Shown: positions 40,401-51,960 of the stretch, piece after piece
How the letters are laid out: each line of letters starts with the position of its first letter
How positions within the stretch are numbered: position 1 is the first letter of the stretch
Source: Mobula hypostoma
Lineage: Eukaryota
NCBI RefSeq assembly: GCF_963921235.1
Contig: NC_086108.1
Location: 9,052,001-9,116,000, forward strand
DNA: 64,000 bases
Direction: 5' to 3'
The notes under the pieces: generated by a model
The model's input: only the letters and a program-made list of their open reading frames with translations
Told to the model about the DNA's origin: nothing
Database searches by the model: none
Program-made: the position numbers and the translations under genes

Positions 40401-42849
40401 AGGGTCGGTGATGATGGTCGCTGACGGTGGGTGGTGAGGGTCGCGGACGGTGGGCGGTGAGGGTCGGTGATGGTCGGTGGGTGGTGAGGGTCGGTGATGG
40501 TCGGTGGTGATGGTTGCCGACGGTGGGTGGTGAGGGTTGCGGGTGGTGAGGGTCGCTGATGATGGTCGCTGACGGTGGGCGGTGAGGGTTAGTGATGGTC
40601 GCTAACGGTGGGTGGTGAGGGTCGCTGACGGTGGGCGGTGAGGGTCGCTGATGATCGGTGGTGATGGTCACTGACGGCGGGTGGTGAGGGTCCCGACGGT
40701 GGGTGGTGATGGTTGCCGACGGTGGGTGGTGAGGGTCGCCGACGGTGGGCGGTGAGGGTTAGTGATGTGGTCGCTAACGGTGGGTGGTGAGGTTCGCTGA
40801 CGGTGGGCGGTGAGGGTTAGTGATGGTCGCTAACGGTGGGTGGTGAGGGTCGCTGACGGTGGGCGGTGAGGGTTAGTGATGGTCGCTAACGGTGGGTGGT
40901 GATGGTTGCCGACGGTGGGCGGTGAGAGTTAGTGATGGTCGCTAACGGTGGGTGGTGATGGTTGCCGACGGTGGGTGGTGAGGGTCGCCGACGGTGGGCG
41001 GTGAGGGTTAGTGATGGTCGCTAACGGTGGGTGGTGAGGGTCGCTGACGGTGGGCGGTGAGGGTCGCTGACGGTGGGCGGTGAGGGTCGCTGATGATCGG
41101 TGGTGATGGTCACTGACGGCGGGTGGTGAGGGTCCCGACGGTGGGTGGTGATGGATGCCGACGGTGGGTGGTGAGGGTCGCCGACGGTGGGTGGTTAGGG
41201 TCGCGGATAATCGGTGGTGATGGTTGCGGACGGTGTTCGGTGAGGGTCGCTGATGGTCGCTGACGGTGGGTGGTGAGGGTCGGTGATGATGGTCGCGGTC
41301 GGTGATGATGGTCGCTGACGGTGGGTGGTGAGGGTCGCTGATGATCGGTGGTGATGGTCACTGACGGCGGGTGGTGAGGGTCCCGACGGTGGGTGGTGAT
41401 GGTTGCCGACGGTGGGTGGTGAGGGTCGCCGACGGTGGGTGGTGAGGGTCGCGGATAATCGGTGGTGATGGTTGCCGACGGTGGGTGGTGAGGGTTGCGG
41501 ACGGTGTTCGGTGAGGGTCGCTGATGGTCGCTGACGGTGGGTGGTGAGGGTCGGTGATGATGGTCGCGGTCGGTGATGATGGTCGCTGACGGTGGGCGGT
41601 GAGGGTTGGTGATGGTCGCGGACGGTGGGTGGTGAGGGTCGGTGATGGTCACGGACGGTGGGCGGTGATGGTCGCGGACGGTGGGCGGTGAGGGTCGCGG
41701 ACGGTGGGCGGTGAGGGTCGCGGACGGTGGGCGGTGAGGGTCGCGGACGGTGGGCGGTGAGGGTCGGTGATGATTGGTGGTGATGGTCGCTGACGGGCGG
41801 TGAGGGTCGGTGATGATGGTCGCTGACGGTGGGTGGTGAGGGTCGGTGATGATGGTCGCTGACGGTGGGTGGTGAGGGTCGCGGACGGTGGGCGGTGAGG
41901 GTCGGTGATGGTCGGTGGGTGGTGAGGGTCGGTGATGGTCGGTGGTGATGGTTGCCGACGGTGGGTGGTGAGGGTTGCGGGTGGTGAGGGTCGCTGATGA
42001 TGGTCGCTGACGGTGGGCGGTGAGGGTTAGTGATGGTCGCTAACGGTGGGTGGTGAGGGTCGCTGACAGTGGGCGGTGAGGGTCGCTGACGGTGGGCGGT
42101 GAGGGTCGCTGATGATCGGTGGTGATGGTCACTGACGGCGGGTGGTGAGGGTCCCGACGGTGGGTGGTGATGGTTGCCGACGGTGGGTGGTGAGGGTCGC
42201 CGACGGTGGGTGGTGAGGGTCGCGGATAATCGGTGGTGATGGTTGCCGACGGTGGGTGGTGAGGGTTGCGGACGGTGTTCGGTGAGGGTCGCTGATGGTC
42301 GCTGACGGTGGGTGGTGAGGGTCGGTGATGATGGTCGCGGTCGGTGATGATGGTCGCTGACGGTGGGTGGTGAGGGTCGCTGATGATCGGTGGTGATGGT
42401 CACTGACGGCGGGTGGTGAGGGTCCCGACGGTGGGTGGTGATGGTTGCCGACGGTGGGTGGTGAGGGTCGCCGACGGTGGGTGGTGAGGGTCGCGGATAA
42501 TCGGTGGTGATGGTTGCCGACGGTGGGTGGTGAGGGTTGCGGACGGTGTTCGGTGAGGGTCGCTGACGGTGGGTGGTGAGGGTCGGTGATGATGGTCGCG
42601 GTCGGTGATGATGGTCGCTGACGGTGGGCGGTGAGGGTTAGTGATGGTCGCTGACGGTGGGCGGTGAGGGTCACTGATGATCGGTGGTGATGGTCGCTGA
42701 TGGTGGGTGGTGAGGGTCGGTGATGATGGTCGCGGTCGGTGATGATGGTCGCTGACGGTGGGCGGTGAGGGTCGCTGATGATCGGTGGTGATGGTCACTG
42801 ACGGTGGGTGGTGAGGGTCGCTGACGGTGGGCAGTGAGGGTCGCCGATG
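31448..42849. repeat. 11.4-kb minisatellite, 23-bp variant units (GGTGAGGGTCGCTGACGGTGGGY / GGTGAGGGTCGGTGATGATCGGT) with higher-order duplications
   Basis: Continuous interspersed variants of the two 23-mers. Rare variants recur at 791 bp and about 2.1-2.3 kb spacing. Confidence 0.97.
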
Positions 42850-42965
42850 CTGGATGCTGCTTTCCTACACTCTATAGACGTACTCAAAAGAGTGGAGGGC
42901 TTTATCCACGAAGGACTGGGCTGTCGCGAAGCCAGTCAATATACTCTGCACTAGTCATCTACAGA
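42846..42965 (-). mobile_element. Upstream continuation of the same LINE (right flank of the array)
   Basis: Minus strand cagtccttcgtggataaagccctcc...aggaaagcagcatcca matches LINE 3978-4056 (cagtccatcacggataaagccctcc...aggaaagcaacatcca). Confidence 0.8.
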
Positions 42966-43210
42966 AGTTAGGCCCCCTCTTGACCAGATTTTTCACCACT
43001 GTAACAAGTGATCCAGGAACCTACTCGTGGAAGGGAACTGTAAAGAGGAAGGGATTTTAGGAAGAAGCTACAGAGAGAGACCCCACAAGAGAAGCAGGGT
43101 TGTTTGTTGAGTGTTTGGCATAGTCCGTGCCTTTCACCTGCTGCGTAAATGTTTAGCTCAGGAGAGATCACAGTGAAGCAAGAGGAAAGGGGGCGGCAGG
43201 CAACACTTAC

Positions 43211-43276
43211 AGATGCGTCGGTGAAGAAAGCACTGGCCGGGTCTGTGCTTGTGTCGAGGAGATCTTCACCATCAAG
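43211..43276 (-). CDS. BICRA: BICRA coding exon 3
   Basis: caacag|CTT...TCT|gtaagt, 66 nt. LDGEDLLDTSTDPASAFFTDAS aligns to human LDSDDLLDNPGEAQSAFYEGPG. Confidence 0.93.
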
Positions 43277-43924
43277 CTGTTGATTGAATCAGAAACATGT
43301 TTAAAGGTGTTATCTGCAGCCACAGTCACCCGATCCAGGTTTACTGGACCAGTCGTGGAGATCCCTCAAAGAGCACAGCTTCTCAACAGCGAGAGCAGAG
43401 GGGAGCTGGAGATGTGACCTGGATACAGAAGACAGGGGACTCCGGTCAACACAGCTCAACAGTGGGCAAAGATCCGTGTTACGCACCGCTCTCACCATAG
43501 CCCAGGGCGAGTGCAGAGACCAGACTGCACCAGCTAATCTCACCATGCACACAGACTGGGCAGTGCATTGGCACAGTGTGTAAAGCCAGACTTGGGCTTC
43601 AGTCCCAGTCTCCGACACTCTGTGTGGAGTTTGCACACTCTTCCTGTGACTGCTTGAGTTCCAATCCGGTTTTCCTGACCGTATCTCAAAGACCTGGGGG
43701 TTGGTGGGTTAACTGGGCTGACTGTAGCTTGTCCAAGGATCTGGGGGGGCGCAGAGGGAGCTAATGGAAATGGGGGGGGGGGGAGAATGGAGTGCTGTTA
43801 GTGTGAATGAACACTTGTCGGTCAGCACTGATGCGACTGGCTGAATGGCCCATTTCCTGGTTACATCTCCATGATTTAACATTACTGGCGGAATCAGTAT
43901 TAACCTGAAGGAAGGTTACAGCAG

Positions 43925-44270
43925 AGGTGAGGGGATGCAGAGGGGAGGGTGTGGATAGAGGTGGGGGAGGGTGCAGATAGAGGTGGGGGAGGGTGCAGAT
44001 AGAGGTGGGGGGGTGGGCCTAGATAAAGGTGGGGAAGGGTGGGGATAGAGGTGGGGGAGGGTGTGGAGAGAGGTGGGGGAGGTGGGGGTGGGTGTAAATA
44101 GAGGTGGGGAAGGTGGGGGTGGGTGTAAATAGAGGTGGGGGAGGTGGGGGTGGGTGTAAATAGAGGTGGGGGAGGTGGGGGTGGGTGTAAATAGAGGTGG
44201 GGGAGGTGGGGGTGGGTGTAAATAGAGGTGGGGGGTATAAATAGAGGTGGGGTGGGTGGAGTTAGAGGTG
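43925..44270. repeat. G-tract minisatellite (GAGGTGGGGGAGGTGGGGGTGGGTGTAAATA, about 31 bp, plus shorter variants)
   Basis: Tandem units with multiple G3-G5 runs on the + strand. Confidence 0.88.
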
Positions 44271-44773
44271 AGGGGAGGTGGAGTAGTTTGGGGCAGAACA
44301 ACTGTGGGGCCACAGACCAAGACAGCCGCCACGGGGGCGGGGGGGGAGGGAGTGAAGGCTGCTGGGGGGGGGAGGGGAGGGCGTGACGGCTGCAACGGGG
44401 GGGCGGGTAGGGGAGGATGTCACGGCCACCACAGGGAAGGGAGGTCCGGACACGCATTAGGAAGGATGTCAAGGCATGCAGGCGTGTGGCTGGGACTCCG
44501 AACTACTGTGGATGATACGGAGAACAAACAAGAGAAAACGGGTTTAGCTGGAGCAGGTTAGGAATAAAGTCATGGATTTAGAATGGGTGGCTCGGGAATG
44601 GAAGTGGGGAATGATTTCACAGAGCAGCTTAAGAGAGGGGCACTGTACCCAGAGTACAACCTGGCACTCCTTATTGGACAAACATTGGGAACAGGAGGGC
44701 TGACCGGGACACGTGAGATTTTAGAGCATCGAAGAGAGCCAATACAAATCCCACATCAGCAAGTCAGTCTTAC

Positions 44774-44816
44774 CTGGTCTGAACCATGCAAGAAGTCATT
44801 TAGAGCCTGGGGGTCA
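44774..44816 (-). CDS. BICRA: BICRA coding exon 2
   Basis: ccctccctcacag|T GAC CCC CAG...GAC CAG|gtaaga, 43 nt. (C)DPQALNDFLHGSDQ versus human DPQALNDFLHGSEK. Confidence 0.96.
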
Positions 44817-46725
44817 CTGTGAGGGAGGGAGAAGATACATTTTAGGAATGGCTACAGGTTCATCTGATCAAAAGCCGACAAAACAACAAGGACTGGGATG
44901 GTACAGATCAAACACACGTCTTACACCACCCAGTCCTCCCAATGATGGACATGCAGTGTGCGAGGGAAGCGCTCCCCCCTCTCAAACGCACAACCTCCTC
45001 ATCCTGATGGGACAAACAGGGAAACTCGGATTTGGAAATGTATCATCCCTTCACCACCAGTGGCCCCACACCCTGAGACTCGTCCCCAACAGCACCCTGG
45101 CAATGTCTTCACGTGGATGGCTGTGGCCCAAGGTCATTCAACAGCACCTTTTCAACCAGCAATGGGCTGATTTGATGTGAACTATTAATTCTCTGTCTTT
45201 GTCTATCCACCTCCCTTTCTCCCCCTCTGCCTCTCTCCACCCCCCTTCTGCCTCTCTCTCTTCCTCCCCCTCCACCTCTCTCTCTACCCCCCACCCTGAC
45301 AGACACTGCCTGATCAGCTGAGTGTTTCCATTCCTCCCTGATTTCAGATTTCCCGCTGTTCATGGTTAATATACGCGGAGGTCAGCACATGAAGCCACTC
45401 GTAATGAAAGAAACCTCAAAGACACCAGACATCAGTGGACACATGAAGTGGGTTAACCACTGAGTCACTCAAAACCTGGTAACGATCAAAGCCACAGCTG
45501 TACCCGAGAGTTTCAGTTAAGGGACAGTCACAAAAATAACCCTGTGTGTTATTTAACAGAAATCATTACAGCGAATTTAAAAGCAGGCCAGATAAAGGAC
45601 AAGAGATTTGCAAGGCCGTGGTTTTGCACACTATACACGTGGGTAATCCTCGTCACAAATAACCAGAGCAGGCAACAGAATCTGACCACAGACACTAGAA
45701 CTGCCAGTGTGGAGATCGGGCGGGGCAAGCCTCCTTCACTGGAGTGTTTGGCGGGGCTACTCCGTGCACTGCATGAGCAGAGAGCTTGTGACCTCCATGA
45801 GCAGATCTACAGACTATGCGTCACCTCGGGATGACAAACCACACGTCCTCCACTTCTACCACCGCTGGGAAAAGTATACCCATCCTCGTTACTATTCAGA
45901 CCAACTGGCCACATTAGGTGACTTGCGGCAGTGTGAAACTGCCAAATCCTGTCTGCTGGAACCCAGCAGGCAATGGGTGGGGTGTGTGCTCCCAGACAAC
46001 AGCAGCATGGCCGACCAACCAGAAGCCTTCACCATCTGAGATCAGGCTAATTACCAGATGCAATTACCCCGACGACTCTCCACCTCTCCAAACCACAGTC
46101 CCGAAACCCTCCTGCACATGGGTTGCTGTGATCCCTCCTTATAATTGCCAGTTCTATATGCAGGGAAAAGGGTGGGAGTCGGGCAAAGACCATACAGTCA
46201 TAGAGCACTACAGAAGCAGGACCTTCGGCCCATCGAATCCATGCCGACCCGGTCTTCTGCCTAGTCCCAGTGAGCTGCTCCGGGACCACATCCATCTACC
46301 TATCCAAACTTCCTTTATACGTTACAATGGAATCTCCATCCACTACTTGGGCTGGCAGCTCGTTCCACACTTGCAGCACCCACTGAGTGAAGAAACTCCC
46401 TTTAAATATTTCACCTTTCATCCCTTATCCTAGTTCTGGTTTTATCCAACCTGAGGGTAAACGCCTACATACATTTACCTTATCTATATCCCTCAATTTT
46501 GAATACCTCTATCAACTGTCCCCCTCATTCTCCTGCACTCCAGGTAACAACCCTTTCCCTCCAACTCTTTAAATATTATTGAGATCACTCCTGTAGGTAG
46601 GTGACTAGAACTGCACACAATACTCTAAATTTGGCCTTTTGCATGTTGTATGATGTGGGTGATTATGGTCTTTCAATGACTGTGATTATTCTTTGCAAAT
46701 TTTTTTCACAGAACTGGTTTGCTAT

Positions 46726-47174
46726 TGGATCGACTGGGCTTATACTCGATGGAATTTAGAAGATTGAGGGGGGATCTTATTGAAACGTATAAAATCCTAA
46801 AGGGATTGGACAGGCTAGATGCAGGAAGATTGTTCCCGACGTTGGGGAAGTCCAGAACGAGTGGTCACAGTTTGAGAATAAAGGGGAAGCCTTTTAGGAC
46901 CGAAATTAGGAAAAACTTCTTCACACAGAGAGTGGTGAATCTGTGGAATTCTCTGCCACAGGAAACAGTTGAGGCCAGTTCATTGGCTATATTTAAGAGG
47001 GAGTTAGGTATGGCCCTTGTGGCTAAAGGGATCAGGGGATATGGAGGGAAGGCTGGGGCAGGGTTCTGAGTTGGATGATCAGCCATGATCATACTGAATG
47101 GCGGTGTAGGCTCGAAGGGCCGAATGGCCTACTCCTGCACCTATTTTCTATGTTTCTATGTTTTCTATGTTTCT
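46726..47174 (+). mobile_element. Young CR1 3' end, sister of 25453-26011
   Basis: Nearly identical ORF end (...YGGKAGAGF*), 3' UTR and (TTTCTATG)n tail. Confidence 0.9.
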
Positions 47175-47989
47175 GGGTAGTGTCTTTACAAGACGGGTGA
47201 CCCCAGCCATTATCAATACTCTTCAGAGATCGTCTGCCTGGCGTCAGTGGTCACATAACCAGGACTGGTGATCTGCACCGGCCGCTCATACGACCATCCA
47301 CCACCTGATCCCGTGGCTTCATGTGACCCTGATCGGTAAAACAACAACAGGATGCAGAATAAAGTGTAAGAGCTACACGGAAAGTTCAGTGCAGGTAAAC
47401 GATAAGGTACAAGATGTTAACTGGGGTCAGACCACAATTGGACAGGGGTCTTGGAGAAGCGACACAGAAGATTGTAACATTGGAATAGGGAGTTGCTGGT
47501 CTCCCCTCTCACTGATACGGGAGCGACCTCCCTCTCCCTGAATGGAGAGAGACACAGCCTGCCTGACATACCAGTGCGGGTTTGTGAACTGTAGTTTGAT
47601 TGGGGGTGGTGGTGGGGGGGGGGGGGGAGGAGCCTGGTCACCTCATTATAAGGAGGACGGGGAAACTTTCCGGAGGGCGCAGAGGAGATTTACCAGGATG
47701 CTCCCAGCGGGCATGTCTTTCGAAGATTCGTTGAGCAACCTACGGCTTCTCTCTTTGGAGCGAAGGAGGATAAGAGGTGACTTGACAGATGCGTACAAGG
47801 TGATAAAAGTGGACAGATTGGGTGGACAGCCAGAGATTTTTCCCCAGGCCAGAAACGGCTAATACCAGGGGCTATAACTTTAAGGTGTTTGGGGGCAAGT
47901 ACGGGCGGGGGTATGTCAGAGGTAAGTTTCCTTTTAAAACACAGAGAGTGAGGAATGTGTGGAACACCTTGCCAGGAGTGGCAGGCTGC

Positions 47990-48180
47990 AGGGTGGCGTA
48001 GTGGTCAGCACGTGCTTTATTGTGAAGGCGACCAGGGTTCAATTCCTTCTGCTGCCTGTAAGGAGTTTGTACGTTCTCCACGTCACTGCTTGGGTTTCCT
48101 CCGGGTGCTCTGGTTTCCTCCCACAGTCCAAAGACGTACCGGTTGGTCGGTTAATTGGTGATTGCAAACTGTCCCATGAC
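47990..48180 (+). mobile_element. V-domain SINE nested in a CR1 fragment
   Basis: A box TGGCGTAGTGG, B box GGTTCAATTCC and V-domain. CR1 sequence lies on both sides. Confidence 0.72.
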
Positions 48181-49256
48181 GGGATTGCTGAGCACCACGG
48201 CTCAAAGGGCCGGAAGGGTGGACGGACAGACAGACACTGTAAATTAAAAAGATACGTTAGGGGCGTTTGAGAAAGACTGAGATAGGCACATGGATGATAA
48301 AAATGGAGGGTTACATTGGAGAGAAGAGTTAGTTTGATCTGAGAGTCAGTTAGAAGATCGGCACAGCATTGTGGGCCGAAGAGCCTGTACTACCTGTGCG
48401 ATGCTGTAACGTCCTATAAACAAGGTAGATTGTGAGGTTGAGAGTCCATCTTGTATCAGAGAGTCTGATAACAGTAGGATGAATAGTTGGTAGCCTGCCA
48501 ACTCTCTGTATAGTCAATGCTCTCTGCACTACAAATGGGAGGTGCTGCAGTCAGGGGAAGGTGCACACTGAGAAGAGTTTGAAAGAGGAAGAGGGACGGC
48601 TTCCTCCCGCTCCACCACCCCACCCCTGACCTGTAGCCTGGTCCTCAGCAGGCTGCACCTCATTCTCAAAATAAGAACAGGTTCTGCTGGAGTGGGCAGA
48701 ACATAAACATCTTTGCCCACGCTCCAGCCAGTGGATAAGCACTGACTCTGAAGGTGGAACTAATGCCTGGTGTGGAGGGAGGGGCCACTGCACAGGATCT
48801 GAAAAAGCTGCAGAAAGTCGCAGACTCAGCCAGTTCCATCCTGGACACCTGCCTCCCCAGCATCGAGGACATCTTCATTAGGTGATGCCTTCAAAATGCA
48901 GCATCCAGCATTAAGGACCCCCATCACCCAGGACGTGCCCTCTTCTCATTGCTACCATCAGGGAGGTGGTACAGGAGATGATCACACACACTCGACCATT
49001 CAGGAACACCTTCTTCCCCTCCGCTGTCAAGATTTCAGAATGGACAATGAACCCATGAACACTACCTTGCTATTGTTTTGCTCTGTTTTTGCACTATTTA
49101 AAATATATATACAATTCTTACTGTAATTTGTAGATTTTCTTGATGTATTGGAACGCACTGGTGCTGGAAAACAACAAACTTCAAGACATAGGCCAGCGAT
49201 ATTAAACCTGATTCTGATTCTCAACAAAACCAGTCCAGTTGGTGCTTAGTACATAC

Positions 49257-49297
49257 CAAATTACATCTAGCAGACAACGTCCATCTTCATCATCCAT
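49257..49297 (-). CDS. BICRA: BICRA coding exon 1 (canonical start; exon spans 49257-49302)
   Basis: ttctccttacag|TTGAC ATG GAT GAT GAA...ATT TG|gtatgt. MDDEDGRCLLDVI(C) is identical to the human BICRA N-terminus. Confidence 0.97.
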
Positions 49298-49756
49298 GTC
49301 AACTGTAAGGAGAAAGACAAACCATTATACAGACGCCATTGCAGGCCGGGATAGCGTCAAAGGAATTCGCATTTCTATAGCGCCTTTGCAAACCTCAAGG
49401 AAAACCAAGCAGTCAGACCCCTTGAAGCTGATCTTTTTTTTAAAATGGCGTTATGTTTGTAAACTAGGAAACAGAGCCAACAGAAGCACAGAGATCTCCC
49501 ACAGACTTAGAAAGTGAAGATCACTGGATCACCTGCTCCTATGACGTTTGTCGAGGAACAAATATTAACCCTGGAAAGCTCGGGGAAATCCAGTCCTTGA
49601 AAAGGATACGTGGGATATTTAACTTTGATTGGAGGGAATGCATAAGATGCCCATCCCACCCCTCACAATACACTCTACTCCCTCCCCCTCGGCACCACAA
49701 CCTCAGGTTGTGAATCAAACTGGAGCAAGGAATGATTCCAGTGTCTCCGGATTTAA

Positions 49757-49915
49757 CACGCATCAAAGTTGCTGGTGAACGCAGCAGGCCAGGATGAAGG
49801 GTCTCGGCCTGAAACGTCGACTGTACCTCTTCCTAGAGATGCTGCCTGGCCTGCTGCGTTCACCAGCAACTTTGATGTGTGTTGCTTGAATTTCCAGCAT
49901 CTGCAGAATTCCTGT
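49757..49915. mobile_element. 159-bp fold-back Penelope-like insertion with perfect 15-bp TSD
   Basis: TGTCTCCGGATTTAA at 49742-49756 and 49916-49930. Arms 49757-49793 and 49845-49881. A partial hammerhead (GATGA-A-GGGTCTCGGCCT-GAAA-CG-TC-GACTG) lies in the loop. Confidence 0.82.
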
Positions 49916-51889
49916 TGTCTCCGGATTTAAGGAGACTTCAACCAATTAAACTACAAGTGGCTTACAAGACCTTAATATATAGCAATAGAATATATAGCCA
50001 TTCGGCCCAGGAGTCTGCTCCATCATTTTATCACGGCTGATCCATTTCCCTCTCAATCTCATTCTCCTGGAAGCAGCTTCTTCCTGACAAATCACTTCAA
50101 GATTGTTTAACACCACATCTAGTACAAGTGTAAGGAGAACAAAGTAATTGTGACCCCAGATCTGAAGCAGCACAAAAAAAGCACAATAAGATAAAGAACA
50201 AACTAATAAAAGTAACACAATAAATACATTGACATAAGACAGCTTATATGCATAGATTAGAAGTCCACAATGGTTAACCAGCACACAATACTGGGCAACA
50301 GGAGTGACCGACAGGAAATGATAAAGTAGTGGTGGTCGGGGGTGTGGAGGGGTGGGTCAGTCGGTGGAGATGTCGATCAGCCTCACTGGTTTGGGAATGT
50401 AACTGTTCTTCAGTCTGGTGCCGGATGCTACGTAGGTTCCTCCCCGATGGGAGTGGGACAAGCAGTCCATGAGCAAGGTGGGTGGGACCCCTCATGATGT
50501 TAACTGGTCCTTTTCCGGCACAGCCTACACTGGCGGGGAGGCTGCTGCTGGTGATGCACTGGGCAGTCTTGACTACCTGCTGCAGAGCCTCCCTGTCCGC
50601 CGAGGCGTGGTTTCCATCGCATACAGCATGTGAGGATGCTCTTTCGTGCACCTGTAGAATGACCTGTGACCAGGGCAGCACTGCCGTGTAGGGGTTAGCA
50701 CGGCGCTTTATATCACCAGCGACCTGGGTACGATTCTGCCGCTGCCTGTCAGGGGTTTCTCCGTTCTCCCTGTGACCGCTCTGCTTTCCTCCCACAGTCC
50801 AAAGACCTACTGGTTGGTGGGTTAACTGGTCATTGTAAATTGTCCTGTGGTTAGGTTAGGTTAGGATAGGATAGGATTTAATTGGGAAAGTGCTGGACAG
50901 TGCAGCACGAAGGGCCTATTCCATGCTGTATCACAATAAGTAAATAAAATAAAAAATGGTTTCCCACACTCCTGCAAGTAATGAGTAATTACTGAGGACA
51001 GATCTTCCCTTCATTACTTGTTACATACACCTGTTAGGGTGCACTCTCCAGTTACCTTATAAGGTAACCATAGCCTTCAGCACCACCATCAGCAGCAGAA
51101 CAAATCTCTAAGGTATTGTGTGCTGGTTAACCAGCTTATCCACTGGGACAGAGGCTAGAGCAGTCCAGAAAGATGGTGTCCTCTAACAGAATGGCCCAAC
51201 AAGTTTGCTTCTCCTGGAGAGGGAGGGGGAAAGTCAGGGCACAGAAAGGCAGAGGGTCAGACCAGGGTTTGGTGGTAAAGAGATTGGACTTGGGGCAGGA
51301 AGTGGAACAGCAGCTTTACAACTTCTGAGGCAGATACAAGAAACTTGTAAGCAGATAGCACAAACAAATATCAGTTAAACTTTAACCACACCAAATGAGA
51401 TAAGGAACATTTGGTCTAGCAACATGTAGAACACGGAACCATATAGCATCGGAAAACCATTTGGTGTTCACATGAAACCAGTGGAGAATCTGTGGAAGTC
51501 ACTGCCACGGACAGCTGTGGAGGTCAAGTCATTGGGTACAGTTCAAGTGGAGGTTGATAGTTTCTTGATTAGTCAGGGTGTCAAAGGTTACAGCAAGAAG
51601 GCAGGAGAATGGGGTTGAGAGGGATAATAAATCAGCCATGATGGAATGGCAGAGCAGCCCCAGAGGGCTGAATAGCCTAATTCTGATCCTATATCTTCTG
51701 GTCTTATGGAATCCTACAGTTTTGCAGTATATTGTACATGTATATAGTTAAATGACAATAAACTTGACTTTAGTCACATCAGTTATGTGTGGATCTGAGG
51801 CATCGATGAACAAGGCATTTTCATTCCTATATGCAATACTACTTAATCTCCATAATGTTAAGATATTACTGGCAGGAAATGTGAAAATT

Positions 51890-51891
<2 letters not shown>

Positions 51892-51953
<62 letters not shown>
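51892..51953. repeat. (GT)n microsatellite, about 31 units
   Basis: Perfect dinucleotide run. Confidence 0.98.

Positions 51954-51960
<7 letters not shown>

Noticed and set aside
31364..42798. Many long His/Pro/Thr-rich ORFs (up to 721 aa) on the minus strand, resembling a mucin or extensin gene
   Set aside because: The 23-bp unit is not a multiple of 3 and lacks minus-strand stops, so all three frames give the same cycling peptide. It is intronic and the frame is not preserved.
31448..42849. CRISPR-like or telomeric array
   Set aside because: There are no unique spacers, no cas genes and no TTAGGG, and the context is a eukaryotic intron.
43900..44472. Extensin-like poly-Pro ORFs
   Set aside because: Translations of the G-tract minisatellite, with no splice sites fitting the BICRA frame.
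49257..49297. Assignment to the paralog BICRAL (GLTSCR1L)
   Set aside because: MDDEDGRCLLDVICDPQALNDFLHGS and RTPTPIQPKP match BICRA. As I recall, BICRAL begins MDDDDDSCLLDLIGDPQALNYFLHG.
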